The position numbers were made by a program, and so were the translations under genes. A DNA stretch of 64,000 bases from an uncultured delta proteobacterium (GTDB lineage Bacteria; Desulfobacterota; Desulfobacteria; Desulfobacterales; Desulfosalsimonadaceae). The notes beneath the pieces were generated by a model, which worked only from the letters and a program-made list of their open reading frames with translations, had not been told where the DNA came from and did not search any database. Shown in pieces: positions 19,342 through 29,614 of the stretch. How positions within the stretch are numbered: position 1 is the first letter of the stretch; every line of letters starts with the position of its first letter. Where the stretch lies: the NCBI GenBank assembly GCA_963826785.1, contig CAWGYD010000001.1:672001-736000 (forward strand). Reading direction: 5' to 3'.

Positions 19342-20317
19342 TCACAGGTCGATCCAAAACCCCCAGGCGATATAGGTTTCATCATACTGGAAGAATTCGC
19401 CCAGCACGGAGCGGCCGTCCCGGTATTCCACGCCCAGGCGGTAGGTTCTTGACGAATCCGGAAGGGCCATGACCAGTCCGGTCTGGACCGTGATGTCCGG
19501 CTCCCAGTCTTCTTCCTGGTAAGCGGTCAGGTTGAGCGCCGCGTAATAGCCGGCGTGCCCGTGGAAAAACCGCGTTTGATCTTCGAATTCCAGGCCTCCC
19601 TGCAGCCGCCACAGGTCCTGGATCGCCTCGTTTCGCAGGTCGAATGCGTATCCGCCCTCCCCGTAGACCCTCAATCCCGCCGGCAATAATTGCGATATTC
19701 CCAAAAGATATTCCTGCCGGGTATAGTTGAGCCGCTCCCGGCCGGTGCGTTCGATGAATTCATCCCCCAGGTGGCTGGAATCATGATCGAACCCGAAGCG
19801 CAGGGCCAGCCCGCGCCCGTTCGCCCAGGCGATGTTGAGGCCGTAAATGCCGTCCCACCCCATGTTGTCCAGTGAATTGGACCGGTCGAACATGCCCAGG
19901 AAGGCGCCTTCGATATTGAGCTGAAATCCGCTGTCCGGATGGGCTGCGGGAAAGAGACGAAACAGGCCCAGCCGTCCGCCCATGCGAATGATAAAACGAT
20001 CTTTTCCGCTGTCGGGGATTTCGCTTTCGGAAAAATGGGTCACGGTAAAAGACGTGGCGGGCCTGAGCGGGTCTGCGATATATGCGGGGTAGAGATCGCA
20101 TTCCGGGCTGAACAGCCCCTGATACCTGCCGGCGATATGAAAGGAACGGTCGTTTGAAACCGGGTCTTGATCTTGTGCTTGGGAGGCGGCCCGGGCGGGA
20201 AATGATCCCGTGATTGTTTTCAGCTGCCGCAGGTAATGCCAAAGCGACGAAAATGAATCCGATCATCAGCCAGATGAGCGGCAGGAATGCAAACCGGTTT
20301 CTTTTGGGTATCGCCAT
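19342..20317 (-). pseudogene. DUF1207-family protein, frameshifted between the signal peptide and the mature domain
   Basis: The signal peptide (MAIPKRNRFAFLPLIWLMIGFIFVALALPAAAE) is in one frame. LYPAYIADPLRP...HDSSHLGDEF...GFWIDL is in the +1 frame, which has no start codon above 20043. Confidence 0.72.
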
Positions 20318-20506
20318 ACAAGATCCTGATTATGATGCCAGCGGGTTTTAAATAGATATTAACCACTCATTATGGTTTCACCATGATTTAGACTGCCGGA
20401 GCGGCCTGCCCCCACCATATTTTTCAATTGAATTTTTTGAAAATTCAATCTATTTTGAGTGATGTCGACCCGAATCGGGCCGGTTGTGCCCTCATTTTTT
20501 GGAAAG

Positions 20507-20689
20507 AAAAAAGGCTTTTTCTGGTTATCCCGAAAAATCCAGTAATCGTTTTCTCCCCCTTTGAAAAGGGGGGCGGGGGGGATTTCTCCCGGGAGGCGCC
20601 AAATCCCCCTAAATCCCCCTTTTCCAAAGGGGGACTTTGAATCCGGAATTCTAACTGAAGTATTCCGGATAACCAGAAAGGCTTTTTTT
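20507..20689. repeat. ~180-bp nested inverted-repeat element (REPIN/MITE-like)
   Basis: The outer arm AAAAAAGGCTTTTTCTGGTTATCCCGAA pairs with TTCCGGATAACCAGAAAGGCTTTTTTT. Inside are two inverted CCCCCTTT-x-AAAGGGGG...GGGGGATTT units. Confidence 0.75.
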
Positions 20690-20748
20690 GCAGATGATGA
20701 CCAACCCTCAAAAGCCGCCTCCAAATGACCTTTCCAAAGGAGAAATCC

Positions 20749-21921
20749 ATGAAAATCCAATGCCTTCATTGCAAAACCGTATATAATATCGATGAGGCGA
20801 AGATTCCCGCCGGCGGGGCCCGCATCAAATGCAAAAAATGCGAACAGAAAATCCATATTCCCCCGGCTCAGCCTGCGGCGCCAAAACCGCCTCAGGCGCA
20901 GGCATTCCCGCAGCATCCCCCCGAAATCGATGCGGCCCGCGGGCAGATGGCTGGAAACAATGAGGCAGCAGCGGTAAAAATTCTTTATGAGGGCATCATC
21001 CGGTATGTGGACGAAAATCAATTCCATCAAGCCGAGCAGCTTCGCGATGAGCTCATGGATTCGGCCCCCATGGCGATAACAGAGATCGTGGGTTCGGCTG
21101 AAATCATCGAATCCAGAAAAAAAGCGGTCATGGATCCAAGCCGTCTCTCCCGCTGGAATGATTTGTTTGCCGCCCTGTCTGACAGCGAGAGTGCCGCATT
21201 TTACTTTGCGCTGACCGATACGGATGTCCATGCCGGAGACCGGATCTTTGAACAGGGGCAGATGGATCAGCGGCTCTACCTGATCCAGTCGGGCAAATTC
21301 CAGCTGAGCTATTACGACCATCAGAATGAACAGAGAAATGATTATGCGGTACTTGAAGCCGGCGACATCGCGGGTGCGGATTCATTTTTCCAGTACACCA
21401 ACCATACCGTATCTCTCGCCGCGCTGGAAAACGGCCAGGTCAGTTATCTGGACAAACCGTCTCTGGAAAGAATTCTTACGGATAACCCGGCGCTCGAGTC
21501 CAAGCTTTCCGCATACTGCCTTAAAAAGGCAAATCGCATCCAGATGTCAAGTGCCAACGGGGCGGGCCGGCGCGCTTACCGGAGGTATGAATGCAACCTG
21601 AAAGGAAGCTTCCAGGTGATGGACGGCAAAGGCGACAAGAGCGTAAAAGCCACGCCCATGCTCATAACGGACATATCCCAGGGGGGAATATGCTGCATGG
21701 TGCAGAATCTGAAAAAGCAGCAGGCCGATCTTCTCCTGGGCAGTTCGATTCACGTTCATGCTGCCATTTCAGGCGGCAAGACGAACCGGGAATTCAACCA
21801 GGCCGCCAAAGTGGTTTCCGTCCGGATACTGCCCTTCGAGGAGTGCACCGTCCATGCGCATTTTACGAAAACCCTGGATGAAGACCTGGTCCTTGAAATG
21901 TCGGGCCACCAGCGGAATTGA
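20749..21921 (+). CDS. Zinc-ribbon + cyclic-nucleotide-binding + PilZ domain protein
   Basis: CLHC...CKKC (MJ0042-type finger), Pro/Ala linker, cNMP fold (IFEQGQ...LYLIQSG...GDIAG), PilZ RRAYRRY and DISQGG. AAGGAG RBS. Confidence 0.8.
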   Translation: MKIQCLHCKTVYNIDEAKIPAGGARIKCKKCEQKIHIPPAQPAAPKPPQAQAFPQHPPEIDAARGQMAGNNEAAAVKILYEGIIRYVDENQFHQAEQLRDELMDSAPMAITEIVGSAEIIESRKKAVMDPSRLSRWNDLFAALSDSESAAFYFALTDTDVHAGDRIFEQGQMDQRLYLIQSGKFQLSYYDHQNEQRNDYAVLEAGDIAGADSFFQYTNHTVSLAALENGQVSYLDKPSLERILTDNPALESKLSAYCLKKANRIQMSSANGAGRRAYRRYECNLKGSFQVMDGKGDKSVKATPMLITDISQGGICCMVQNLKKQQADLLLGSSIHVHAAISGGKTNREFNQAAKVVSVRILPFEECTVHAHFTKTLDEDLVLEMSGHQRN

Positions 21922-21987
21922 AATGCATATAGGCCTCATGATGGCATGTGGTGGGATGATTTAAACAATCAACGGGGAGAAAAAAAC

Positions 21988-22275
21988 ATGTCTGAAAAAA
22001 AGGATTTTATCGAAAAGCAAAAAGCGCTGTTGACTGAATGGAGCGGCCAGATCGAGCAGTTGAAGAAAAACGCCAAAAAGACCCAGGTGGATGCCAGCGT
22101 CAAGGTGGAAAACTATATCGATGATCTCAAGGAGAAACTCGACGATGTCCGGTTCCGGCTGGAAGACCTGCGAAAGGCGGCCGATGACAACTGGGGGCAC
22201 CTGAGGACCAACCTGGAAGGTTCATGGAAGGATATCCGGGACGCCTTTGACAAAGTGAAGTCGCGATTTTCTTAA
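21988..22275 (+). CDS. Small coiled-coil hypothetical protein (sll1863-like)
   Basis: Heptad-rich 95 aa with EWxxQIxxLK and W...LEGSW patterns. GGGGAG RBS. Confidence 0.75.
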   Translation: MSEKKDFIEKQKALLTEWSGQIEQLKKNAKKTQVDASVKVENYIDDLKEKLDDVRFRLEDLRKAADDNWGHLRTNLEGSWKDIRDAFDKVKSRFS

Positions 22276-22283
22276 AAACCGGT

Positions 22284-22655
22284 TCAATTTTCCAGCAGGT
22301 GGAATTTTAGCATCCCATCGATGGTTTTGGATTGGATCAGCCCGGATTCCCAGCGCATGATCTGCCCGGCATCCACCGCCAGTCGTTCGGCCAGCTGTTG
22401 CTGCGTCCATCCCCTGGACCGGCGCAGCGACCGGATCATCTCCCCGGTCAAAAGATTCCGGTTCTTCCGGTAGGCGTCTGCAATGGCCCGCTGAATCGCA
22501 CCGGCCGAGGCGATGGTGCCGGCTTCCAGTCCGCATTTAGTGCAGACATAGGCTTCGGTCTCATAGGTGACGGCAACCCCTCTGAACCGGGTCTCTTTTC
22601 TGATTTTGCGCAGCTTCATCTGGGCGTGGCATCCGGGGCAGTGGCGAATGTTCAT
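22284..22655 (-). CDS. mqsA: MqsA-family antitoxin (zinc finger + XRE HTH)
   Basis: CPGC...FRG...VCTKCG zinc finger followed by LLTGEMIRSLRRSRGWTQQQLAERL...RWESG. Confidence 0.82.
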   Translation of the reverse strand: MNIRHCPGCHAQMKLRKIRKETRFRGVAVTYETEAYVCTKCGLEAGTIASAGAIQRAIADAYRKNRNLLTGEMIRSLRRSRGWTQQQLAERLAVDAGQIMRWESGLIQSKTIDGMLKFHLLEN

Positions 22656-23026
22656 GCCGCCTCCGACCCGGCGCGGTCCCGGTGAAAGGAAACCAGCCAG
22701 AACATCTCGTCCGCGTAGCAGAATTTGAGGTAGATGTCCGCGTCCAGCCGGGGAAGCGCAACCCGGAACGCAAACAGTTCAAGACCCGCGATTTCGGGTT
22801 CATAGCTGCGCTGGGGCGGACTCTGTCCGGCATAGTGGCCGGGCGTCAGCACGTCCAGGCACTCCGGAAGCAGCGACACCAGTTCGCCGTCGATGACGTA
22901 GTCGAGTTCGATGGCGTCGCAGGCCATGGCCGTCTGGTGCAGCAGGGCGATCCGATTGTCTTTTACCGCATCTTTTACCGCCCTGATTTTTTTAAACAGT
23001 TCATTCGGGGTCGGCCTGACCGTCAT
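22652..23026 (-). CDS. Putative toxin (MqsR/RelE-like), partner of MqsA
   Basis: Upstream of the antitoxin and overlapping it (ATGA). C-terminal IYLKF...LVSFH resembles MqsR-like RNases. AGGAGG RBS. Confidence 0.62.
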   Translation of the reverse strand: MTVRPTPNELFKKIRAVKDAVKDNRIALLHQTAMACDAIELDYVIDGELVSLLPECLDVLTPGHYAGQSPPQRSYEPEIAGLELFAFRVALPRLDADIYLKFCYADEMFWLVSFHRDRAGSEAA

Positions 23027-23266
23027 TTATTCCTCCTGTAGGTTTATCCGATCATACCCGATTTATCCGAACCGCACAAGTTCTGTATAAAACCTTTTCC
23101 CGGCGTAAAGGCCGCTGATACACCATCTTTATCTCATTTGCACCTATGATTTGACAGGCCTGAGCGTTATGCGCTATTTTAACCTGTCTGATGATATATC
23201 TTATCGTGATTCCGATAAAATTTGCTCAGTGAAGTTATCTGTTCATCATCATTAGGGAGATTAAAA

Positions 23267-24235
23267 ATGGAAGCAAAAGAAGCAGTGAACAAAAAACCGC
23301 TCTGGTTGTCAATTGAAGAAAAATTACTGGAACTCGATTCGCCGACGCTCTCAGGGGCGGACCTGGAGGCGGCCGTTCACAGGGTAGCCGGCGAACTCGA
23401 CAATTCCGGTTACAACGTTTCGCGTCATGGCGGCCACCTGCTTGAACTGAGGTGGGCAATCGATGATATGCGCAAAGTCGGAAGGCCCCTTTTGAAGGAC
23501 TTCAATGACGCGGTCGCGGCGCTTTCACTTGAAGACATCGAAAATCCATTTTCGGTGGCGGATAGGCTTATCGGAGACATGGGGGAAACATGGCCTGACA
23601 TTAAAAAATCAGAGCGCAGGGGGGAAATCATAAGAATCCTGGAAGCGACCCGGCTCGATCTGCTCATTGCCAAGGCGAAAGCGCTGCCTGATGACAAGGG
23701 GGTCCGGTTGCTCATCGAGGAAGAAGTGGCGCCCGACGTGATCATCGAGCGGTTGGACATCACCAAAGAAATGCTGGATCAAGTAAATGCCCGGATTAAA
23801 CAGGAACGCGCAGAAAGGGCAAGAGTGGCCACGCTGCTCGAGGCGGTTCAGGACAAACCCGACCCGGAAAAAATCAAATACCTCATGACGAATAATGTCT
23901 CTGAAGAACTGATCATCGAAATGGCCGGAGTTGATTCGGCAGCCATCGATGGCGCCAAGCAGGCCATGGAAGCGGAACTAAAGGAAAAACAGCGGCTGGA
24001 AGAAGAAGCGGCCGCACGGAAAAAAGAAGAGGCTGCAGGCCCTCCGCTGGAAAAGATTCCGCCTGACCAAATGCTGGAATACATCGAAGCCATTCGCGAA
24101 ATCCTTGAATTCAGCGATCAGGAAAAAGATATCCGGGTGATGTGCGAGCAGAGTTCCATTCCCAAGTCGCTTGTAGACGTTGCCGTTTCTGATCCAAAGC
24201 GATTGGATGAACTCGAAAAACAGGCGGAAGCATAG
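23267..24235 (+). CDS. Hypothetical protein (acidic, helical)
   Basis: 322-aa ORF with AGGGAG RBS and a TTGACA-N18-TATTTT candidate promoter at 23151-23180; no family recognised. Confidence 0.8.
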   Translation: MEAKEAVNKKPLWLSIEEKLLELDSPTLSGADLEAAVHRVAGELDNSGYNVSRHGGHLLELRWAIDDMRKVGRPLLKDFNDAVAALSLEDIENPFSVADRLIGDMGETWPDIKKSERRGEIIRILEATRLDLLIAKAKALPDDKGVRLLIEEEVAPDVIIERLDITKEMLDQVNARIKQERAERARVATLLEAVQDKPDPEKIKYLMTNNVSEELIIEMAGVDSAAIDGAKQAMEAELKEKQRLEEEAAARKKEEAAGPPLEKIPPDQMLEYIEAIREILEFSDQEKDIRVMCEQSSIPKSLVDVAVSDPKRLDELEKQAEA

Positions 24236-24451
24236 CAGATCGTCTCGGTAGATGTTTTTTCTCCAATCACGAGGGCAAGAATCTGGGATCGGCGAGTGCA
24301 GAGACCTTTTGAATATTGCGGGGGAAACGGGAAATCCACCGGCCATATGGGGTACCCGTCAAATGGTTTGAATTCAGATAGCATTTACAGATCCCAGAGT
24401 TTTGCTCGCCGCCGCTGCCTTCACCGTGCGAACCGGCTCAGCCGGCGGCCT

Positions 24452-27247
24452 TCAGGGATCCTTCCGGTATTTGCCCTGTCCGGCCATGCCGTAAATGGCC
24501 TTCATTAATTCATCAGAAGAAGCTGTTTTGGTCACGAAGGCTTCGGCCCCCGCATCCTTCATCTTCCGGGCGATGTCTTCATCTTCTAACATCGACAGGC
24601 CGATGACCCGCACATCAGGCAGTTCGGCCTTGATTTGCCGGGTGGCTTCCAGGCCATCCATCCCGGGCATGGAAATATCCATCAGCACCAGGCTGGGCCT
24701 GAGCTGCCGTGCCAGGTCCAATGCTTCTTTTCCGTTAGACGCCTCGCCAACCACCGATATGCCCGGCTGATCGGAGATGAGACCGATGAGCCCCTGGCGC
24801 ATGACCTTGTGGTCATCGGCCAGCAGCAGGCGGATTTCACTGCCGGCCGGTGCATCCGGAACACCCGCTTTTATCTTCTGCATGAGGGCGTGCCGCTCAA
24901 TTTCAACATCGGAGTTTGGCAATGCGGGTATTTCGGGCAGGCTTACCGGAACCGTCAGGGCGAAGCGGCTTCCCTGCCCGGGTGCGCTCTCGATGTGCAG
25001 GTCGCCCCCGATGGCATTGGCCCGCTCCCTTAGACTTACCAGGCCTAACCCTGATTTGACGCTCTGGGAAAGGGCTTCCGGGTGAAAGCCGATCCCCTGG
25101 TCGCTGATGACGACAAATATGTTTTTGTCGTTGCTTGACAGGGTTACCCGGGCGCTTTTCACCCCGGCATGTTTGACAACATTGAAAAGAAGTTCCTGGA
25201 CTGCCCGAAACAGGAAAACCTTCAGGGGGGTATCCTCGAGTTGCTGCTTTGTCTCCGTTTTCAGCTGCACCTTCAATCCGAAGTGCGCGTTCATATGTCT
25301 GATCAGCCAGTCTACGGCAGTGACCAGGCCAAACTGGTGAAGCACAGGCGGGCTCAGTTCATGTGACAGACCCCTCGATTTTTCAATCGATTCTCCAAGC
25401 AGCCGTTCCACATTCCGGATAATCCCGGCAGGGTTCGATCTCTGGGAGGCCGCCTGCAGTTGCAGGCGGGCACTGGCCAGTAGCTGCTGCAGATCATCAT
25501 GCAAAAGCGCTGCGATCCGCTGACGTTCCTTCTCCTCCGTCTCAATCAGATCCACCGCCAATAATTGAAGCTGCTTCGCCCGTTTTTCGGCCAGCGCCGT
25601 ACGCTCGGCAACCTGCTCCTCCAGGTGTTCATTCAGATACCGCATGCCGGACAAGGCCTCTTCCAATCTGGCCCGGCTTTCCTTCAAGGCGATTTCGGCA
25701 CTCTTGCGCTTTGTGATGTCCTGGGTCACGCCGACAATGCGGACGGGATTGCCGGTCGTATCTCTAATCGGTACACCGGCGGAGAAGACCCATGTCTCAG
25801 TTGCCGAGGCGGAAATCGCAAGGCGGTACTCTATTTTAAATTCCCTGCTGCCCTCTACTGCCTGATCAAATTTGAGCTTTGCGGTTGAAATATCATCCGC
25901 ATGGATTCCCGCCCAGATTTCCGCCAATGTTTTCGGCAAAGGAAAAGCAATACGGCTTTGGGCATTCTCGGACCACTTCACCCTTTCGGTGTTCAGGTCG
26001 ATTTCCCAGGCGTACATATCCGCGGATTGCGTGGCGATGCGCAGGCGTTCTTCGGATTCGTAGAGGACCTTTTCCGTTTGTTTGCGCTGGGTGATGTCCC
26101 GCATGATGACAAAGGATCGAACCGGCTCATCGGCCATGATGACCGAATCGACCTCAACCGGGAAATGTTCTCCGCCTTTGCGGATCGCCGTGAGTTCCCG
26201 CGCATGAATACGTCCCGTCCGCATCCGCTCTTCAAGGGCGGCCGCCAGCCGGGGATCGTTTGCATCAAGAATGCCGAAACGGCCTCTTTCTATGAGTTCT
26301 TGTTCCGAATAGCCCAGCATGGCGCATGCGGCCGGGTTGGCGGCGATAATGGATCCCTCCGGATAGGTAAGCAAGACGGCATCCGGGCTGTTTTCGAAAA
26401 GAGACCGGTACTTTTGCTCGCTTTCCCTCAGCGCATCCTCGACTCTTTTGCGCTCGGTGATGTCCATCACGGTAAAGGTGACGCCGGCGGCAAGGTCATC
26501 GGGATCAAGCGGTGTCGAACTTAACAGTACAACGATTTTTCTGCCGTTTTTACACTTGAAGGGGACCTCCACGGTTCCCGTCCCGACCATTTTGATCTGC
26601 CGGTACTTTTCCCTGCCGACATATTCAAAATCGTCGTCCGTCGGGTACAGCATCCTTGCGCTGCTGCCGATAAGTTCATCCCTTGCATAACCGGTTATCT
26701 GACACAGGCGGTCGTTTACGTCCTGGATGATCCGGTCGCTCAGAACGCCGATGCCGATGGGCGCCGCCCGGAAGATGCTCCTGGTCTTGGCTTCGCTCTC
26801 CTGCAGGGCGGTTTCGGCAACCTTGCGGTCGTGAATATCGATGTTCATTCCCACCCATTTTCTGACGGAACCGTCGGGATAAAACAGCGGCGCGGCCCGC
26901 ACAAGGGTCCAGCGCCAGCTGCCGTCCGACCGGTGCAGGCGGAAAATGTCGCTGAATAGTAATTTGCTCAAAACCGCTTCCCGCCAATGCCGCCCGGCCG
27001 ATTCCCGGTCCTCCGGATGGATCGCATTCAACCAGCCATCCGCCTCCATGATTTCATCGACGCTCTGGCCGGTAAAGGCGCGCCAGCTTTCAGAATCCGA
27101 AACGGTCATGCCCTCCGCATTCGCCTCCCACACCGCCTGCGCCCATGGCTCGACCAGGGTGCGGAATTTTTCTTCATCTTCCGAGAGCTTTCGGATTAGA
27201 TTTTTTCGGGTGTTACGATTATCGGGGGCATATTGTGGATCAGCCAT
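24452..27247 (-). CDS. Cytoplasmic hybrid histidine kinase (4 PAS/PAC, HisKA_3, HATPase, receiver)
   Basis: Repeated DITERK/DITQRK/DITKRK PAC ends, [32 protein letters not shown] and a C-terminal LLADDH...[10 protein letters not shown] receiver. Confidence 0.92.
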   Translation of the reverse strand: MADPQYAPDNRNTRKNLIRKLSEDEEKFRTLVEPWAQAVWEANAEGMTVSDSESWRAFTGQSVDEIMEADGWLNAIHPEDRESAGRHWREAVLSKLLFSDIFRLHRSDGSWRWTLVRAAPLFYPDGSVRKWVGMNIDIHDRKVAETALQESEAKTRSIFRAAPIGIGVLSDRIIQDVNDRLCQITGYARDELIGSSARMLYPTDDDFEYVGREKYRQIKMVGTGTVEVPFKCKNGRKIVVLLSSTPLDPDDLAAGVTFTVMDITERKRVEDALRESEQKYRSLFENSPDAVLLTYPEGSIIAANPAACAMLGYSEQELIERGRFGILDANDPRLAAALEERMRTGRIHARELTAIRKGGEHFPVEVDSVIMADEPVRSFVIMRDITQRKQTEKVLYESEERLRIATQSADMYAWEIDLNTERVKWSENAQSRIAFPLPKTLAEIWAGIHADDISTAKLKFDQAVEGSREFKIEYRLAISASATETWVFSAGVPIRDTTGNPVRIVGVTQDITKRKSAEIALKESRARLEEALSGMRYLNEHLEEQVAERTALAEKRAKQLQLLAVDLIETEEKERQRIAALLHDDLQQLLASARLQLQAASQRSNPAGIIRNVERLLGESIEKSRGLSHELSPPVLHQFGLVTAVDWLIRHMNAHFGLKVQLKTETKQQLEDTPLKVFLFRAVQELLFNVVKHAGVKSARVTLSSNDKNIFVVISDQGIGFHPEALSQSVKSGLGLVSLRERANAIGGDLHIESAPGQGSRFALTVPVSLPEIPALPNSDVEIERHALMQKIKAGVPDAPAGSEIRLLLADDHKVMRQGLIGLISDQPGISVVGEASNGKEALDLARQLRPSLVLMDISMPGMDGLEATRQIKAELPDVRVIGLSMLEDEDIARKMKDAGAEAFVTKTASSDELMKAIYGMAGQGKYRKDP

Positions 27248-27469
27248 GGTTCACCTCTGGAGTGGTGTGCTTCCATCCAAACCTGCTGACAAAGGGGAGC
27301 TTAAGATATTACAATATAATGTGAAAATAACCCACCGGCAAGTTAAACCGAACAATCCGTGCTGTTTAAAAATGACGATGGCGGGAACCTGCGCCGATGC
27401 ACCGGTCATTGCGGCAGGAAAAAGCAAAGCGGGGGGCGCCTTAAAAATTCCCGCCGGACAAAACGGGCA

Positions 27470-28897
27470 TTACAGCGGCAGGGTGAAAACCGCCCGCACG
27501 CCGCCCCCGGTGCGATTTTCCAGCCGGATGGCGCCGTTGTGGAGCAGGGCGACTTCCTTGACGAAATTGAGCCCCAGTCCGGTGCTTTTTTTCCCGCTGC
27601 CGGGCCGCTGCAGGGAAAAGAACTTGTCGAAGATCTTTTCCTGCGCATAGGCGGGGATTCCGGGGCCGGTGTCCGTGATGATGAATTGAAGGTATCTGCC
27701 GTCAGGAACGATTTCAACGCCGATTTCGCTTTGGGGTTCGGAAAAATCAATGGCGTTCTGGATGAGATTGGAAAGGGACTGGTGGAGCAAAAAAGTGTCC
27801 CCCTTCACCCGGGCGGATCCGGGATCGCAGATGCTCACCTCGATTCTTTTCTGGTCCAGAGTGGTTCTTTTCCCCTCGATGATGGTATGGACCAGGGTGC
27901 CGGCGGAAGTGGTCTCGATCCGCTGCAGGTTTTTCATTCCCTCCACGGCTGACAGCGCCAGCATCCGGTCGATCATCTCCTGTATCCGCCCCGCTTCCTG
28001 CCGGATATTGGACAGAAACCGCTGCCGCTGGGGCGCTTCCATTTCTTCTCCCAGCAGTTCGGCGGCCCCCCGGATGGCGGACAGGGGGCTCTTGATCTCA
28101 TGGGTGAGCTTCTGGACGTACTGCTCGGCATACTTTTTTCCTTCCAGGGCCTCTCTCATCTTTTCAAAGGCGGCCCCCATCTCCCCGATTTCGGTGCGGT
28201 CCAGTTTGGGGAGCTTCACCCGCCGTCCCTGGCGGATGTCATCGGCGTACCGGGTCAGGCGCTTGATGGGCCGGGCGATCCAGGCGGATACCAGCAGGCT
28301 CAGGAAAACGGCTGCGGCAAGCGACAGGATGCCTACTTTGAAAATCTCGGGTTTGGCGTCTCTGACAAACGCATTGATGGCCGAGGAGGGTTTGGCCACG
28401 GCGAGCACCCCGGCGATATCGCCGTTTATCCGGATGGGGGCGGCCACATAGAGGACGGATGAGGTCGGGTCGGCCTCGTCCCTGCGGGTGGTGCGGGCGC
28501 CGTATTTTCCTTCCAGGGTCAGCGAGACATCCCGCCACTGGGAGTAGTCCGTTCCCGGAATATCCCTTTTTTCCGAATCGAAAACCAGTTTCCCGTCCCG
28601 ATCGGTGATGTAGACCCGCATGTCCACGTACTGTTTTACAAACCGGTAGATTCGGGCGGAAAAAATCCGGCCGTAGGCGTCGCTGAATGCATTTTCCATG
28701 GCATCCGGATCGAACTGTCCCGCTGTCATCTGGGCGCCCACCATTGCCGCCAGAATATTGGCCTGGTCCACCAGGGGGTCTTCCACCCCTTCCAGGTAGC
28801 GGTTGCGCAGGTTCTCCACCACCCAGTTGATGGGATAGGCGAAACAGATGGAAAAAACGATCAGATAGCAGCCGAATATGCGGGCGCCGAGTTTCAC
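27470..28897 (-). CDS. creC: Two-component sensor kinase CreC
   Basis: DYSQWRDV, GKYGART, LYVAAPI, EKMREALEGKKYAEQYVQKLTHEIKSPLSAIRGAAELL and KSTGLGLNFV are characteristic of CreC. Confidence 0.9.
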   Translation of the reverse strand: MKLGARIFGCYLIVFSICFAYPINWVVENLRNRYLEGVEDPLVDQANILAAMVGAQMTAGQFDPDAMENAFSDAYGRIFSARIYRFVKQYVDMRVYITDRDGKLVFDSEKRDIPGTDYSQWRDVSLTLEGKYGARTTRRDEADPTSSVLYVAAPIRINGDIAGVLAVAKPSSAINAFVRDAKPEIFKVGILSLAAAVFLSLLVSAWIARPIKRLTRYADDIRQGRRVKLPKLDRTEIGEMGAAFEKMREALEGKKYAEQYVQKLTHEIKSPLSAIRGAAELLGEEMEAPQRQRFLSNIRQEAGRIQEMIDRMLALSAVEGMKNLQRIETTSAGTLVHTIIEGKRTTLDQKRIEVSICDPGSARVKGDTFLLHQSLSNLIQNAIDFSEPQSEIGVEIVPDGRYLQFIITDTGPGIPAYAQEKIFDKFFSLQRPGSGKKSTGLGLNFVKEVALLHNGAIRLENRTGGGVRAVFTLPL

Positions 28898-29574
28898 AGG
28901 TCCTCTTTCAGCGCGTATCCGGTTCCCCGGTGGGTGATGATGGGATCGATGTCCGCCCTGACGGTGCGCAGTTTGGCCCGGATATTCTTGATGTGGGCAT
29001 CCACCGTCCGGTCCATGCTGGCTTCCGGCGCGTCCCAGGCAAGGTCCATGAGCTGGTCCCGGGTGAACACCTGCCCCGGCCGACGGATAAAGGTTTCCAT
29101 AAGAGCGAACTCGTATCGGGACAGGTCCAGCAGGGCGCCGAAATAGAAGATGCGGCGCCGGGGCTCATCGATCCGAAATGCCGCCGGTTGTTTTAACGCC
29201 CCGGCGCGGGGTGCGCTGCGGCGCAGGACCGCCCGGACCCGGGCGGAGAGTTCCCGGGGGGAAAAGGGTTTTACCACGTAATCGTCCGCGCCGATTTCCA
29301 GGCCCACCACCCGGTCGACTTCATCGGACCGGGCGGTCAAAAAGATGATGGGAATATCATGCACCTGACGGATCTGCCGGCACAGTTCGATCCCGCTGAT
29401 ATCGGGAAGGCCGATGTCCAGCACCATCAGGTCGAAAGTTGATTCCGCCAGGGTTTCGGCCACCGGCGCGCCGGTGAACAGGCAGACGGTTTCAAACCCG
29501 TCGGTTTCCAGCGCATACTGGATGGCATCGGCAATGGCCGGCTCGTCTTCGACAATCAGGATTTTCGGTTTCAT
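28894..29574 (-). CDS. creB: Two-component response regulator CreB
   Basis: ILIVEDEPAIAD...YAL, LDIGLPDISG, LTARSDEVDRVVGLEIGADDYVVKPFSPRE and DRTVDAHIK; overlaps creC. Confidence 0.88.
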   Translation of the reverse strand: MKPKILIVEDEPAIADAIQYALETDGFETVCLFTGAPVAETLAESTFDLMVLDIGLPDISGIELCRQIRQVHDIPIIFLTARSDEVDRVVGLEIGADDYVVKPFSPRELSARVRAVLRRSAPRAGALKQPAAFRIDEPRRRIFYFGALLDLSRYEFALMETFIRRPGQVFTRDQLMDLAWDAPEASMDRTVDAHIKNIRAKLRTVRADIDPIITHRGTGYALKEDL

Positions 29575-29614
29575 CTTTTTTTCTTTTGGGTTTCTGTGAA
29601 ATCGCGTTTTTCGA

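Noticed and set aside
20428..20750. Small ORFs containing PPLEKGDLGGF / PPFSKG
   Set aside because: They are translations of the nested inverted-repeat element, not credible proteins.
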